64,000 bases of DNA from an uncultured Candidatus Saccharibacteria bacterium (GTDB taxonomy: Bacteria; Patescibacteriota; Saccharimonadia; Saccharimonadales; AWTP1-31): the NCBI GenBank assembly GCA_964629815.1, contig CAZVTA010000002.1, forward strand, positions 194,096-258,095. The letters are read 5' to 3'. Shown piece by piece: positions 1 to 8,253 of this stretch. The notes below the pieces were generated by a model. It was given only the letters and a program-made list of their open reading frames with translations. It did no database searches and was not told where the DNA came from. Position 1 is the stretch's first letter, and every line of letters starts with the position of its first letter. Made by a program: the position numbers and the translations under genes.

Positions 1-108
1 GGCGGCTTTGGTATGGGGCTTGAGCGGCTTGTAGAAAAACTTTTTAACCTGAATAACATTAAAGAAGCGACCTTATTCCCACGCGACATTAACCGTTTAG
101 CTCCGTAG
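1..108 (+). CDS. C-terminal end of a class IIb aminoacyl-tRNA synthetase (Asp/Asn-tRNA ligase-like); 5' part lies outside the window
   Basis: Frame 1 reads [35 protein letters not shown], then TAG at 106-108. GGxGxGxERL...FPRD..RL.P matches class II motif 3 and the C-terminus of Asp/AsnRS. Confidence 0.6.
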   Translation, partial: GGFGMGLERLVEKLFNLNNIKEATLFPRDINRLAP

Positions 109-214
109 TGCGTCATAAAATAGCCCAGTAATTGTAAAGTTATATTTATTGTAGTTTGTAGTGCGCGCTTGCTCTATAATGCTTATGTATAAACCGCCTA
201 TATAAGGAGTTGGT

Positions 215-1969
215 ATGAGTGATTTGCAAGACAAAGATGATGATAAACTGATTCGGCCCGAAGAACACGAGACTGAATCTACCGAAGCGGCTGTTGATGA
301 TATCGTACAGCACGAAAGTGATGCGCTCTTAGAGGCTGAAGATAAAGAAGTTGCAAAGGCTTTTGAAGCGAACGACAAAAAGACATCACTGAAAGAAAAA
401 ATAGTAGGTGCAGTAAAAAACTGGTGGAACAACAAGAAAGCCCGCTATATAACACTGAGTGGCGTGGGACTTTTTGTTGTATTGCTTTTCGTTATTCCGC
501 CAACGCGCTATTTTATACTGAATAACGTTGGTGTACGCTGTTCGGTAACAATAACGGTACTTGATGAAGGTACAAAACAACCACTTAAGAACGTGCAGGT
601 TCGTGTTCGTCAGCAGTCTGCGACAACAGACATAAATGGTAAGGCAAAAGTTGAGCACACAAAGCTAGGCCGAACCGAGATTGTCATAGAAAAGAGAGCG
701 TTTGCCGAACTAAAAAAGAACGTAACGCTTGGTTGGGGCAGTAACCCACAAGACGCCGTTGAATTAAAGCCCGTTGGTGCTCGGTACATCTTTACTGTTA
801 AAGACTGGCAGTCTGACAAGCCGGTCAAAGGAGCAGAAGCCGCATCGGGTGAATATAGCGCAGTCTCAGATGAAAAGGGCGAAATCGTACTTACGGTAGA
901 TGCAAGTGATGACTCAGACTTGCCCGTCAATATAACTGCAAAAGAATATCGAACAGAGTCTGTCGTGCTCGGTGCTACCGAAAACAGTGAACAAAAAATT
1001 AAACTCGTGCCAGCGCGCAAGGATGTGTTTGTTAGTAAGCGTTCTGGAAAATATGACTTATACAAAGTTGATGTTGATGGGAAGAATGAAGAAATTGTCC
1101 TCAAAGCATCGGGAACTGAGCAACCTGATATCGGTTTGTCGGTGCATCCAACCAAAGATCTCGTAGCACTTGTGTCTACTCGCGAAAATGCTCGGAATAG
1201 CGACGGCTTTCTGCTCAGCACACTGAGCCTGGTAGATATAGACACAAAAGAGACAAAGTCGATAACCAAATCTGAGCGGCTGCAGCTGCTAGGCTGGACG
1301 TCGAGCAAGTTAGTTTATGCACAGGTTGTAGCAGGCGCAAGTGCGGGAAACCCTCAACGTCAGAAAATCATTAGTTATGACCTCGAGACAGGCTCCAAAA
1401 AGGATCTAGCTGCGAGCAACTCATTTAACGACATGGTCATGGTAAAAGACGAAGTATTCTACGCAGCAACAAACTACTATAATCCGGATACTCCAAAGGG
1501 GTTATTCAAAGTGAATGCAGACGGCAGCAACAAAAAATCACTTATTGATAAAAATGTTTGGACGCTGTTCCGTTCTGAGTATACTAAGTTTGATATTTCT
1601 CAGGATGAGAATTGGTATACGTATACATTGGGCGAATCGAAAGCCAACAAGCAAGCAAATGCACCTGCCAACCAGCGTAGTCGAAGCTATGTTGACTCTC
1701 CAGACGGTACGAAAAGTCTTTGGGTCGATGAACGCGACGGCAAAGGAGTACTGTTGGTTTATAACGTTAAGGATAAAACCGACAAAATACTCAAAACACA
1801 AAGCGGTATTGCTGGCCCCGTCCGGTGGCTCAGTTCAAACAGTGTGTTATACAGAGTTCAATCTCAGGGAGAAACCGCCGATTACGTCTTGAATGTAGAG
1901 GGGGGCGGTGCGCAAAAAGTGCGCGATGTGACCACTACCTCTGGCATCGAGCGGTGGTATTATTACTAA
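215..1969 (+). CDS. membrane-anchored protein with TolB-like (PD40-type) beta-propeller region
   Basis: 584-aa ORF with TATAAT at 175-180 and SD AAGGAG at 204-209. Acidic N-terminus, one TM helix (ITLSGVGLFVVLLFVI), then PD40-like repeats (KYDLYKVDVDGKNEEIV, GLFKVNADGSNKKSL, SPDGTKSLWV). Confidence 0.6.
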   Translation: MSDLQDKDDDKLIRPEEHETESTEAAVDDIVQHESDALLEAEDKEVAKAFEANDKKTSLKEKIVGAVKNWWNNKKARYITLSGVGLFVVLLFVIPPTRYFILNNVGVRCSVTITVLDEGTKQPLKNVQVRVRQQSATTDINGKAKVEHTKLGRTEIVIEKRAFAELKKNVTLGWGSNPQDAVELKPVGARYIFTVKDWQSDKPVKGAEAASGEYSAVSDEKGEIVLTVDASDDSDLPVNITAKEYRTESVVLGATENSEQKIKLVPARKDVFVSKRSGKYDLYKVDVDGKNEEIVLKASGTEQPDIGLSVHPTKDLVALVSTRENARNSDGFLLSTLSLVDIDTKETKSITKSERLQLLGWTSSKLVYAQVVAGASAGNPQRQKIISYDLETGSKKDLAASNSFNDMVMVKDEVFYAATNYYNPDTPKGLFKVNADGSNKKSLIDKNVWTLFRSEYTKFDISQDENWYTYTLGESKANKQANAPANQRSRSYVDSPDGTKSLWVDERDGKGVLLVYNVKDKTDKILKTQSGIAGPVRWLSSNSVLYRVQSQGETADYVLNVEGGGAQKVRDVTTTSGIERWYYY

Positions 1970-2015
1970 TAAGCAAAAGGTGGTGGCATGAAGCTGCTTA
2001 TGGTACCGTTAGACT

Positions 2016-2255
2016 ATGGCCGATTATGACCCCTTTGACTTAAGTTTGGCGGCTAAAAAACTTCGCGAAGAACAAGAAGCAGCCAAGCAAAAAGCAAAAC
2101 CGGTGCCAAAACCAAAGGCAACGGTACGGCGTGTTGGTATTGGACCATTGCTGCACTCGCGTTTTACGAAAGTAATAACACTGGTTCTTGCGGTGGTTTT
2201 AATGGCCCTAATTGGTTTTATTGGCACAAAATATTACCTCGAGGTGTATAAATGA
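2016..2255 (+). CDS. small single-pass membrane protein, unknown function
   Basis: 79-aa ORF with a Lys/Ala-rich N-terminus and a C-terminal TM helix (VITLVLAVVLMALIGFIG). Its stop overlaps the next start (ATGA at 2252). Confidence 0.5.
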   Translation: MADYDPFDLSLAAKKLREEQEAAKQKAKPVPKPKATVRRVGIGPLLHSRFTKVITLVLAVVLMALIGFIGTKYYLEVYK

Positions 2256-2476
2256 CGGATTTATCTGCACCAAAAGTTTATGGGCCACAGTTTACTGATA
2301 AATCAAAAGCCAGTACAGCACCGAACAGACGATACTATTCGAGCCAAAGCGTAAAAAAGAAATCCGTGGTATTACCTATGCTCGGCAGTATTATAGTTGT
2401 TGCAATCACTGCAGTCTGTATTTTTGTGGTGTACATGGCATTTTCAATATTGATGACAGAACGGGGGTATCTATGA
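2252..2476 (+). CDS. small single-pass membrane protein, unknown function
   Basis: 74-aa ORF with TM helix VLPMLGSIIVVAITAVCIFVVYMAF. ATGA overlaps with both neighbours suggest a coupled three-gene set. Confidence 0.5.
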   Translation: MTDLSAPKVYGPQFTDKSKASTAPNRRYYSSQSVKKKSVVLPMLGSIIVVAITAVCIFVVYMAFSILMTERGYL

Positions 2477-2706
2477 CAAAAAGAAAGCAACAAGCATGGT
2501 TTGTCCGTGTCAGAGGAAGTTACCTTCCAAAAACATGGCAAGGGTGGGTTACCTACATTCCGTACATTTGCTACTTAGTTTTTGCGATGTTTGTATTAGC
2601 GCGTACATTTGGTCCGGAAGAGTGGCTGCTTGCTATTGTATTGTATGTACCGGTTGCCGTTGGCGCTGCGGTAGTTATGCATTGGGTTGCTAGAAATAAG
2701 TCATAG
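2473..2706 (+). CDS. small two-pass membrane protein, unknown function
   Basis: 77-aa ORF with two hydrophobic helices (VTYIPYICYLVFAMFVLA, LLAIVLYVPVAVGAAVVM). Confidence 0.5.
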   Translation: MTKRKQQAWFVRVRGSYLPKTWQGWVTYIPYICYLVFAMFVLARTFGPEEWLLAIVLYVPVAVGAAVVMHWVARNKS

Positions 2707-2726
2707 CATTTTTGTACAATAGGGTT

Positions 2727-3554
2727 ATGGATCGATCTGTATTTTTGCAGGAACTGGCAGTATTTGCGCACGATAATTTTAGAGAAATGCCGTGGCGCGA
2801 AGCGAATGACAAAGGATTATTTGATGTCTACGCAATCTTGGTTAGTGAGGTGATGCTGCAACAAACACAGGTGTCTCGTGTGCTGCCGAAATATAAGGAA
2901 TTTTTAACACGGTTTCCTACTGTTCGGGCTTTAGCCGAAGCTAAGCTGGCCGATGTGCTGGTAGCATGGCAAGGGCTTGGGTATAATCGCCGTGCTAAAT
3001 ATTTATGGCAAGCCGCACAACAGATAGTTTTTCATGGTGAGGGCGTTTTTCCTCGGCAACAGAAAGAACTTGCCATGCTACCAGGTATTGGTGCCAATAC
3101 CGCCGGTGCAATATGCGCCTATGCGTTTAATCAACCGGTAGTATTTATCGAAACAAATATACGCACGGTGTTTATACACGAGTTTTTTCGGCATAGCGAG
3201 CATGTTCACGATAAAGAAATTGTAACAATGCTCTCAGATATTTTGGTGCACGTTCCTGCGTTCTTTGACAGCTACCGTGAATTTTACTGGGCATTAATGG
3301 ATTATGGTGTTTATCTAAAGTCAACGATAGGCAACGCTTCTCGTAGTAGTCGACATTATGCAAAACAGTCTATGTTTGAAGGCTCACGGCGCCAAGTAAG
3401 GGGTGTCGTATTGCGACTATTGGCGAATAGTGGTGAACTAAGTTTTGCTGCAATCCGAAAAAAATGCACAGATAATCGGTTAAAGAGTGTAGTGGAGGAT
3501 CTGGAAAAAGAAGGACTTATTGTTCAGAAAAATGGTCTGTTCTGCTTGCCGTAA
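2727..3554 (+). CDS. HhH-GPD adenine DNA glycosylase (MutY-like) lacking the Fe-S cysteine cluster, with a winged-helix-like C-terminus
   Basis: Motifs VMLQQTQVSRVLPKYKEFLTRFPT, WQGLGYNRRAKYL, HhH LPGIGANTAGAI and catalytic-Asp context FYWALMDYG. No C-x6-C-x2-C-x5-C follows. Start placed at ATG 2727, 6 nt after TACAAT (2715-2720); the ORF track starts at TTG 2712. Confidence 0.75.
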   Translation: MDRSVFLQELAVFAHDNFREMPWREANDKGLFDVYAILVSEVMLQQTQVSRVLPKYKEFLTRFPTVRALAEAKLADVLVAWQGLGYNRRAKYLWQAAQQIVFHGEGVFPRQQKELAMLPGIGANTAGAICAYAFNQPVVFIETNIRTVFIHEFFRHSEHVHDKEIVTMLSDILVHVPAFFDSYREFYWALMDYGVYLKSTIGNASRSSRHYAKQSMFEGSRRQVRGVVLRLLANSGELSFAAIRKKCTDNRLKSVVEDLEKEGLIVQKNGLFCLP

Positions 3555-3600
3555 CGAATCATGCTTATGGTATAATGGCAACAGATAAAAAAGGGTACCT

Positions 3601-4314
3601 ATGAAACGAATTATAACGAGCGCCGTATTAGCTGTGTTACTACTGCCTACACTATTGGTATTGCCTGTAGTACACGCCGACGATAGCGCAAGTACAACAA
3701 CGACAACTACAAGCACAACCAAAACAGAGGGCGAAAAGAAGGTCGAGGCGGATGCGGCAAAGAAAACAGCTGCCGAACGCATAAAAGAGCGTCAGACGGC
3801 ATTAAAGCTTGCTGCGCTTACCACCGCAGAACAAGCAAAGATTAAGTCAAAGTGCAAAGATGCGCAGGTTAAGCTAAAGGACAGTGCGACAAAACTTAAC
3901 ACAAAAGCGCTGACGCGAAGCACGACGTATGATCAGATTATTAAAAATCTTGAAAAGCTTTCTGCTAAGCTCAAAGCAAACGACGTAGATGTAGCTACGC
4001 TCAATGCACAGATAACCGAACTTAAAGCAAAAATTGATACGTATAAAACAGACCTAGCAGAATATAAAATCAGCCTTGGTGATGTTAAGGATGTAGACTG
4101 CGCAACTGACCCAACGGCATTTAAGGCGGCTCTAGAAGCAGCACGAGCTGACCGTAAAGTCGTCGAAGCCGATGCAAAGGCAGTAACACTGTATATTACA
4201 AGCACCATTAAAGTTACTCTCAAAGAAATTAAGACGAGCCTTCAGACAAAAGAAGGGGCATCGTCTAGCGATAGCACCACTACTACAACAGATACTACGG
4301 GAGGAACGCAGTAA
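3601..4314 (+). CDS. secreted coiled-coil protein with Thr-rich termini, unknown function
   Basis: Signal peptide MKRIITSAVLAVLLLPTLLVLPVVHA, heptad-like K/A/L-rich core, poly-Thr runs. Extended -10 TGgTATAAT at 3568-3576. Confidence 0.6.
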   Translation: MKRIITSAVLAVLLLPTLLVLPVVHADDSASTTTTTTSTTKTEGEKKVEADAAKKTAAERIKERQTALKLAALTTAEQAKIKSKCKDAQVKLKDSATKLNTKALTRSTTYDQIIKNLEKLSAKLKANDVDVATLNAQITELKAKIDTYKTDLAEYKISLGDVKDVDCATDPTAFKAALEAARADRKVVEADAKAVTLYITSTIKVTLKEIKTSLQTKEGASSSDSTTTTTDTTGGTQ

Positions 4315-4940
4315 TGGACGACATTAAGAAGCCAACGAGCATGGGTGTTGATAATGATGGTATTAACGCGGGCGGCGGCGGAGTGCCCATTCCGGTAAAC
4401 TTTGGGGCTGAAACGCCATCATCAACCACACCTGAACCGCCAAAACCAGTAGACTTGAATGAGCTTGACGTTCCTGCTCAGCCACAACAAGCAGGTGCTG
4501 GTTTAGACGTAGATGAGCCAAGTATGTCGAGTGCTCAGCCAGCAGGCTTTGGTACTCCAGAGCAGATGTCTTCAGTACCGGGTAAAGATATAATGCAATT
4601 GGCAGCAGAAGAAGATCGTCGCGAAAAAGAGATGATGGCCTCTATGGCTATGCAAAAGCCACCAAAGCGTACGGGTGGTAAAAAAGGTGTGGTTATTGTT
4701 ATTCTCTTGCTGGTTATAGCACTTGCTGGTGGGGCTGCGTACGCACTACTTACAACAAAAAAGGATACGCCTGCGCCGCAAACCACGACAAACACAACCA
4801 AAACTACTACAGATACCTCAGTGAAGTCGAGCGATATTGATACATCTACAAAGGATATTGACGCTTCGCTCAAGAAGGTTGATGATACAAAAGACTTTGC
4901 CGAAAGCGATTTATCAGATTCAACGCTCGGCTTGCAATAA
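4314..4940 (+). CDS. single-pass membrane protein, Pro/Gly-rich N-terminus and Thr-rich C-terminus
   Basis: 208-aa ORF. Its start overlaps the upstream stop (TAATG at 4312-4316). TM helix VVIVILLLVIALAGGAAYALL. Confidence 0.55.
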   Translation: MDDIKKPTSMGVDNDGINAGGGGVPIPVNFGAETPSSTTPEPPKPVDLNELDVPAQPQQAGAGLDVDEPSMSSAQPAGFGTPEQMSSVPGKDIMQLAAEEDRREKEMMASMAMQKPPKRTGGKKGVVIVILLLVIALAGGAAYALLTTKKDTPAPQTTTNTTKTTTDTSVKSSDIDTSTKDIDASLKKVDDTKDFAESDLSDSTLGLQ

Positions 4941-4956
4941 AATACTGACCCGAGAC

Positions 4957-5856
4957 TTAACGTGAAGATTTCTTACTGTTCGTTTGGGCGAATGGTGTGA
5001 ACGAAATATCTATTTTGTTGGCAACAAGTTCTTTACGAAGGCGTTTGTATAGTTCGCTGCGTACTGACCATTGTTTTCCGGCGACCGTTTCGCCAATAAT
5101 GCGGACCGCAAGTCCTCGTTCGTTAAACCCAATGATTTGATCGAAATGTGGTGCCTTGCGAATATTTTTTGCAATAGCTTCATCGGTCATGAGTGAATCG
5201 CCTACTTTATTTACAATCTTTTCAAGCTTCTCGGTGTCGGTTTCGGAATCAACGACGAGTACCTCATTGATTTTACCCACATCAAACGTCTTGTTGGTCG
5301 CAATAGTAATACTGCCATTTGGTATATGGTGCACATTACCGTCAAGGTCTTTGAGGATCGTTGTGCGAACAGTAATCGCTTGGACGGTTCCACTCACTGG
5401 GGCACTTGCCTCGAGTGTAACAACATCTCCTACGCGATACTGGTTTTCGATAATTATGAACATACCGTTCACAAAATCCTTTATGAGTGACTGAGCGCCG
5501 ATGCCAAGCGCAACACCAACTACACCAGCGCTGGCCAGTAAAGGAGCTGTATTAAAGCCGATTTCGCTAATAATGGCAGATAGTGCGGTTATCCAAGCAA
5601 TGATTTTTACGACCGTAGCGATAAGACGGTCGAGTGTGGCTAGGCGTTTTTTTCTGTCGGACTCGGTAGCAAACGAGCGCCGGCTATACGTGGTATGCAG
5701 AAATCTGCTAATAAGCATTACACCGAGCGTGCTTGCGAGCCATGCAGCAGCAATGATTATTAAGATGTTAACGCCGTGGTTGTTAAACCACTCACTTGGC
5801 TTAACAAATGGATCGGTTAGCTTAGACTTCTCGATAAGCGTCGAAAGTAATTCCAT
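4957..5856 (-). CDS. small-conductance mechanosensitive channel (MscS family)
   Basis: Three N-terminal TM helices, then the MscS beta-domain signature FIIIENQYRVGDVVTL...GTVQAITVRTTILKDLDGNVHHIPNG. Start placed at ATG 5856 (MELLST), 6 nt after TGcTATACT. Confidence 0.85.
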   Translation of the reverse strand: MELLSTLIEKSKLTDPFVKPSEWFNNHGVNILIIIAAAWLASTLGVMLISRFLHTTYSRRSFATESDRKKRLATLDRLIATVVKIIAWITALSAIISEIGFNTAPLLASAGVVGVALGIGAQSLIKDFVNGMFIIIENQYRVGDVVTLEASAPVSGTVQAITVRTTILKDLDGNVHHIPNGSITIATNKTFDVGKINEVLVVDSETDTEKLEKIVNKVGDSLMTDEAIAKNIRKAPHFDQIIGFNERGLAVRIIGETVAGKQWSVRSELYKRLRKELVANKIDISFTPFAQTNSKKSSR

Positions 5857-5873
5857 AATGGTAGTATAGCAAT

Positions 5874-6464
5874 ATGGCAAACGTGATTAAACAAGACAAT
5901 GCTGCAAAGATTGTGGCTCATCTACGGCAGGGTGGGTTAGCAGTACTGAGGACGGATACAGTCTATGGAGTCGTGTGTAGTGCACAAAATAAAGAAGCCG
6001 TTCAAGCGCTGTATCGGTTAAAACACCGAGAAAAGAAGCCGGGTACAATTATTGCTGCAAGCCTTGATCAATTGGTCGAGCTTGGGCTCAAGCGACGATA
6101 TCTTATTGCAGTAGAAGAGTATTGGCCTGGTGCGGTCAGTGTCGTAATCCCTACGTCCGACCCGAGGCTGTTGTATGTACATGATGGATTGGGAAGTGTA
6201 GCGATGCGGGTGGTAGCGGGTCCAGAATGGTTGGTTCGGATATTAAAAAAGACAGGTCCTTTGCTTACGACAAGTGCCAATACCCCGGGAAATCCACCGG
6301 CAAAGAATATCGAACAAGCTGCTGCGTATTTTGGTGATGCGGTGGGGCTGTATGTAGATGGAGGTTTCTGTGATAGTACCCTAGGCTCAACAATTGTACG
6401 TGTGGTTGATGATACAATTGAAGTCCTAAGACAAGGAGGGGTAGAAATAAATGAACCTGAATGA
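5874..6464 (+). CDS. tsaC: L-threonylcarbamoyladenylate synthase (TsaC/YrdC family)
   Basis: 196 aa with RTDTVYGVVC, KHREKKPGTIIA, SVVIPT and TTSANTPGNPP, which are YrdC/Sua5-domain motifs. Confidence 0.85.
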   Translation: MANVIKQDNAAKIVAHLRQGGLAVLRTDTVYGVVCSAQNKEAVQALYRLKHREKKPGTIIAASLDQLVELGLKRRYLIAVEEYWPGAVSVVIPTSDPRLLYVHDGLGSVAMRVVAGPEWLVRILKKTGPLLTTSANTPGNPPAKNIEQAAAYFGDAVGLYVDGGFCDSTLGSTIVRVVDDTIEVLRQGGVEINEPE

Positions 6465-6795
6465 TTATCAAAAACAAGCGATTAGTACTGACGCATTCGA
6501 AATTACCTACGGTGAAGTATTTACAATGGCGTTTATGGCAAAGTTACTAGGACTTGTGGGTGAGGCTGGTGAGGTTGCCGAAAAGTTTAAAAAGATACTT
6601 CGCGACAAAGAAGGAAAGCTGAGCGAAGAAGACAAACAAGAGATTATTAAAGAGCTTGGAGATGTTTTATGGTACGTAAGTGCTTTGTCGCATTATCTCA
6701 ATGTTCCGCTAGAAGATGTGGCTTCGAAGAATCTTGATAAAGTATTGGGGCGTAAAGCTCGAGGTGTTACAAAAGGCCAAGGCGACAACCGATGA
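6451..6795 (+). CDS. MazG-like nucleotide pyrophosphohydrolase
   Basis: 114 aa with LNDYQ..A..T, LLGLVGEAGEVAEKFKK and ELGDVLWYV, the EExxE/D four-helix MazG pattern. Overlaps tsaC by 14 nt. Confidence 0.8.
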   Translation: MNLNDYQKQAISTDAFEITYGEVFTMAFMAKLLGLVGEAGEVAEKFKKILRDKEGKLSEEDKQEIIKELGDVLWYVSALSHYLNVPLEDVASKNLDKVLGRKARGVTKGQGDNR

Positions 6796-7472
6796 AGTTA
6801 GCCGAAAGGATTGAGGTAGTTACTGAAAGGTATGACCATGTCTTATGGTGGCAAACAGATGAAGCTGCGCTGGTTTTTGCTGGTCAAGAGGTCACAGAGC
6901 CCATAGTGGTGACCGATTTTTCAGCGACAACAGCAAATAATCTTGGTAGGCTTACCTTGCGGAGCTATTATTCAATGCTTGCAAGTATGTACGATACAGA
7001 CGCTGATTCATTGATGAGTGATAGTCCTGCGCTAGTACCAATTAGTGTGGATAATGGTCTTGTGAAGGCTGCGATTCCCAAAACTACCATTGAATGGTTG
7101 GGCACAAACAGAAATCACGCCAAGCAATGGATGCTTGACGCGGTCGATGCCATTAAGTATGTTCGCACAAGAATTGTGAACGCCATTACCGATACAACAT
7201 TTGATGATGCAGACATCGGTACAAGTGTCAATTTTCATGTAGTCGAGGGTGCGCCGGATGACGTACAGTTGCTTATTCCGCATCTTGTTCTTAACCCGCT
7301 AGGCTGTAGCTGTATTGGTTCAGACCCAAGTGATAGACGGTGGCAAGAAATCAGAGAGATCGGATATGTAGAGCTAAGACAGCACAATGTCGATAGTTAT
7401 GTAGACAGCTTACCGATCGCAGCAGGTCTCGCAGCGCTTAATACCGTACGCATACAAGAAAACGACGCGTAG
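6792..7472 (+). CDS. hypothetical cytoplasmic protein
   Basis: 226-aa ORF with an ATGA overlap to the MazG-like gene. No motif recognised. Confidence 0.6.
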   Translation: MKLAERIEVVTERYDHVLWWQTDEAALVFAGQEVTEPIVVTDFSATTANNLGRLTLRSYYSMLASMYDTDADSLMSDSPALVPISVDNGLVKAAIPKTTIEWLGTNRNHAKQWMLDAVDAIKYVRTRIVNAITDTTFDDADIGTSVNFHVVEGAPDDVQLLIPHLVLNPLGCSCIGSDPSDRRWQEIREIGYVELRQHNVDSYVDSLPIAAGLAALNTVRIQENDA

Positions 7473-7527
7473 AAATTAGACAAAACATAACAACTATGCT
7501 ATAATAGTAGTTGTTAATTATTATGTT

Positions 7528-8253
7528 ATGCAAGAAACAGTAGCACAACACTCACCTGAAATACGGCGTATATATAGCTTAACTCGTGAAGAGTTCTTGC
7601 AGAGATTTATAGAGCCCTGGGATCAAGAGGATCTGCAAAGACGGCAAGATCTTGATATGTTTATGGTAGACCCTGAAACGGGGTATGATGCTTTGCTGCA
7701 TATTTTTTGCGGAGAGACTACTATAATCAACGATTATAGAACGGTGTCGGGTTTTCACTTGGCTTCAACTGCTCCAGATGCTTCAACGAGAACCATTTTT
7801 TTAGATCGCAATAAACTGACACCTACGTCGGCTTCGCGTCTTGAACGACATGACTTTGAACCTTATAAAGCTCCAGTGGAGATCCAAGGTGTTGCAAAAC
7901 GCAATGCCAATGGTCTTAAAATTCGTAACAACGTTCGTATTGCTACGAATCCGATGTTTGGACGTGCCTACGATGCATACTCGATAATTAGAACGCTCAC
8001 CGATGCCGTACGAAACAGAGACCGCTCAGAAGATGTTGAGTCTGAGAAGGCAAGTGTTCGAAAAGGCAATGAGGCTATATATTTTGTGTACGACATGCCC
8101 ATTCTTGGATCGGAAGAGACTGCGCCCGTAAAAATAGTACTCGACAAGCGGACGGAGCAAATTATCACTGCGGCACCGCGGTTACGCTCGAACGCAACTG
8201 CAGAAATCGGACATGTGAGCTTAGTCGATATTCACGATAAACTTATTAATTAG
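7528..8253 (+). CDS. hypothetical protein with a bacterial EndoU-like RNase pattern
   Basis: HIFCGE...(13)...SGFH, then YKAPVEI, NPMFGRAYD and a C-terminal IITAAP. This resembles the bacterial EndoU toxin-domain layout (HI..GE...GxH ... TaYP) as I recall it. Extended -10 TGcTATAAT at 7497-7505. Confidence 0.45.
   Translation: MQETVAQHSPEIRRIYSLTREEFLQRFIEPWDQEDLQRRQDLDMFMVDPETGYDALLHIFCGETTIINDYRTVSGFHLASTAPDASTRTIFLDRNKLTPTSASRLERHDFEPYKAPVEIQGVAKRNANGLKIRNNVRIATNPMFGRAYDAYSIIRTLTDAVRNRDRSEDVESEKASVRKGNEAIYFVYDMPILGSEETAPVKIVLDKRTEQIITAAPRLRSNATAEIGHVSLVDIHDKLIN

Noticed and set aside
3700-3730. An ACA/ACG-rich tract that resembles a microsatellite.
   Set aside because: It is an imperfect in-frame run of Thr codons (STTTTTTSTT) in a secreted protein. 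A similar run occurs at the C-terminus, so it is a low-complexity linker rather than a repeat element.
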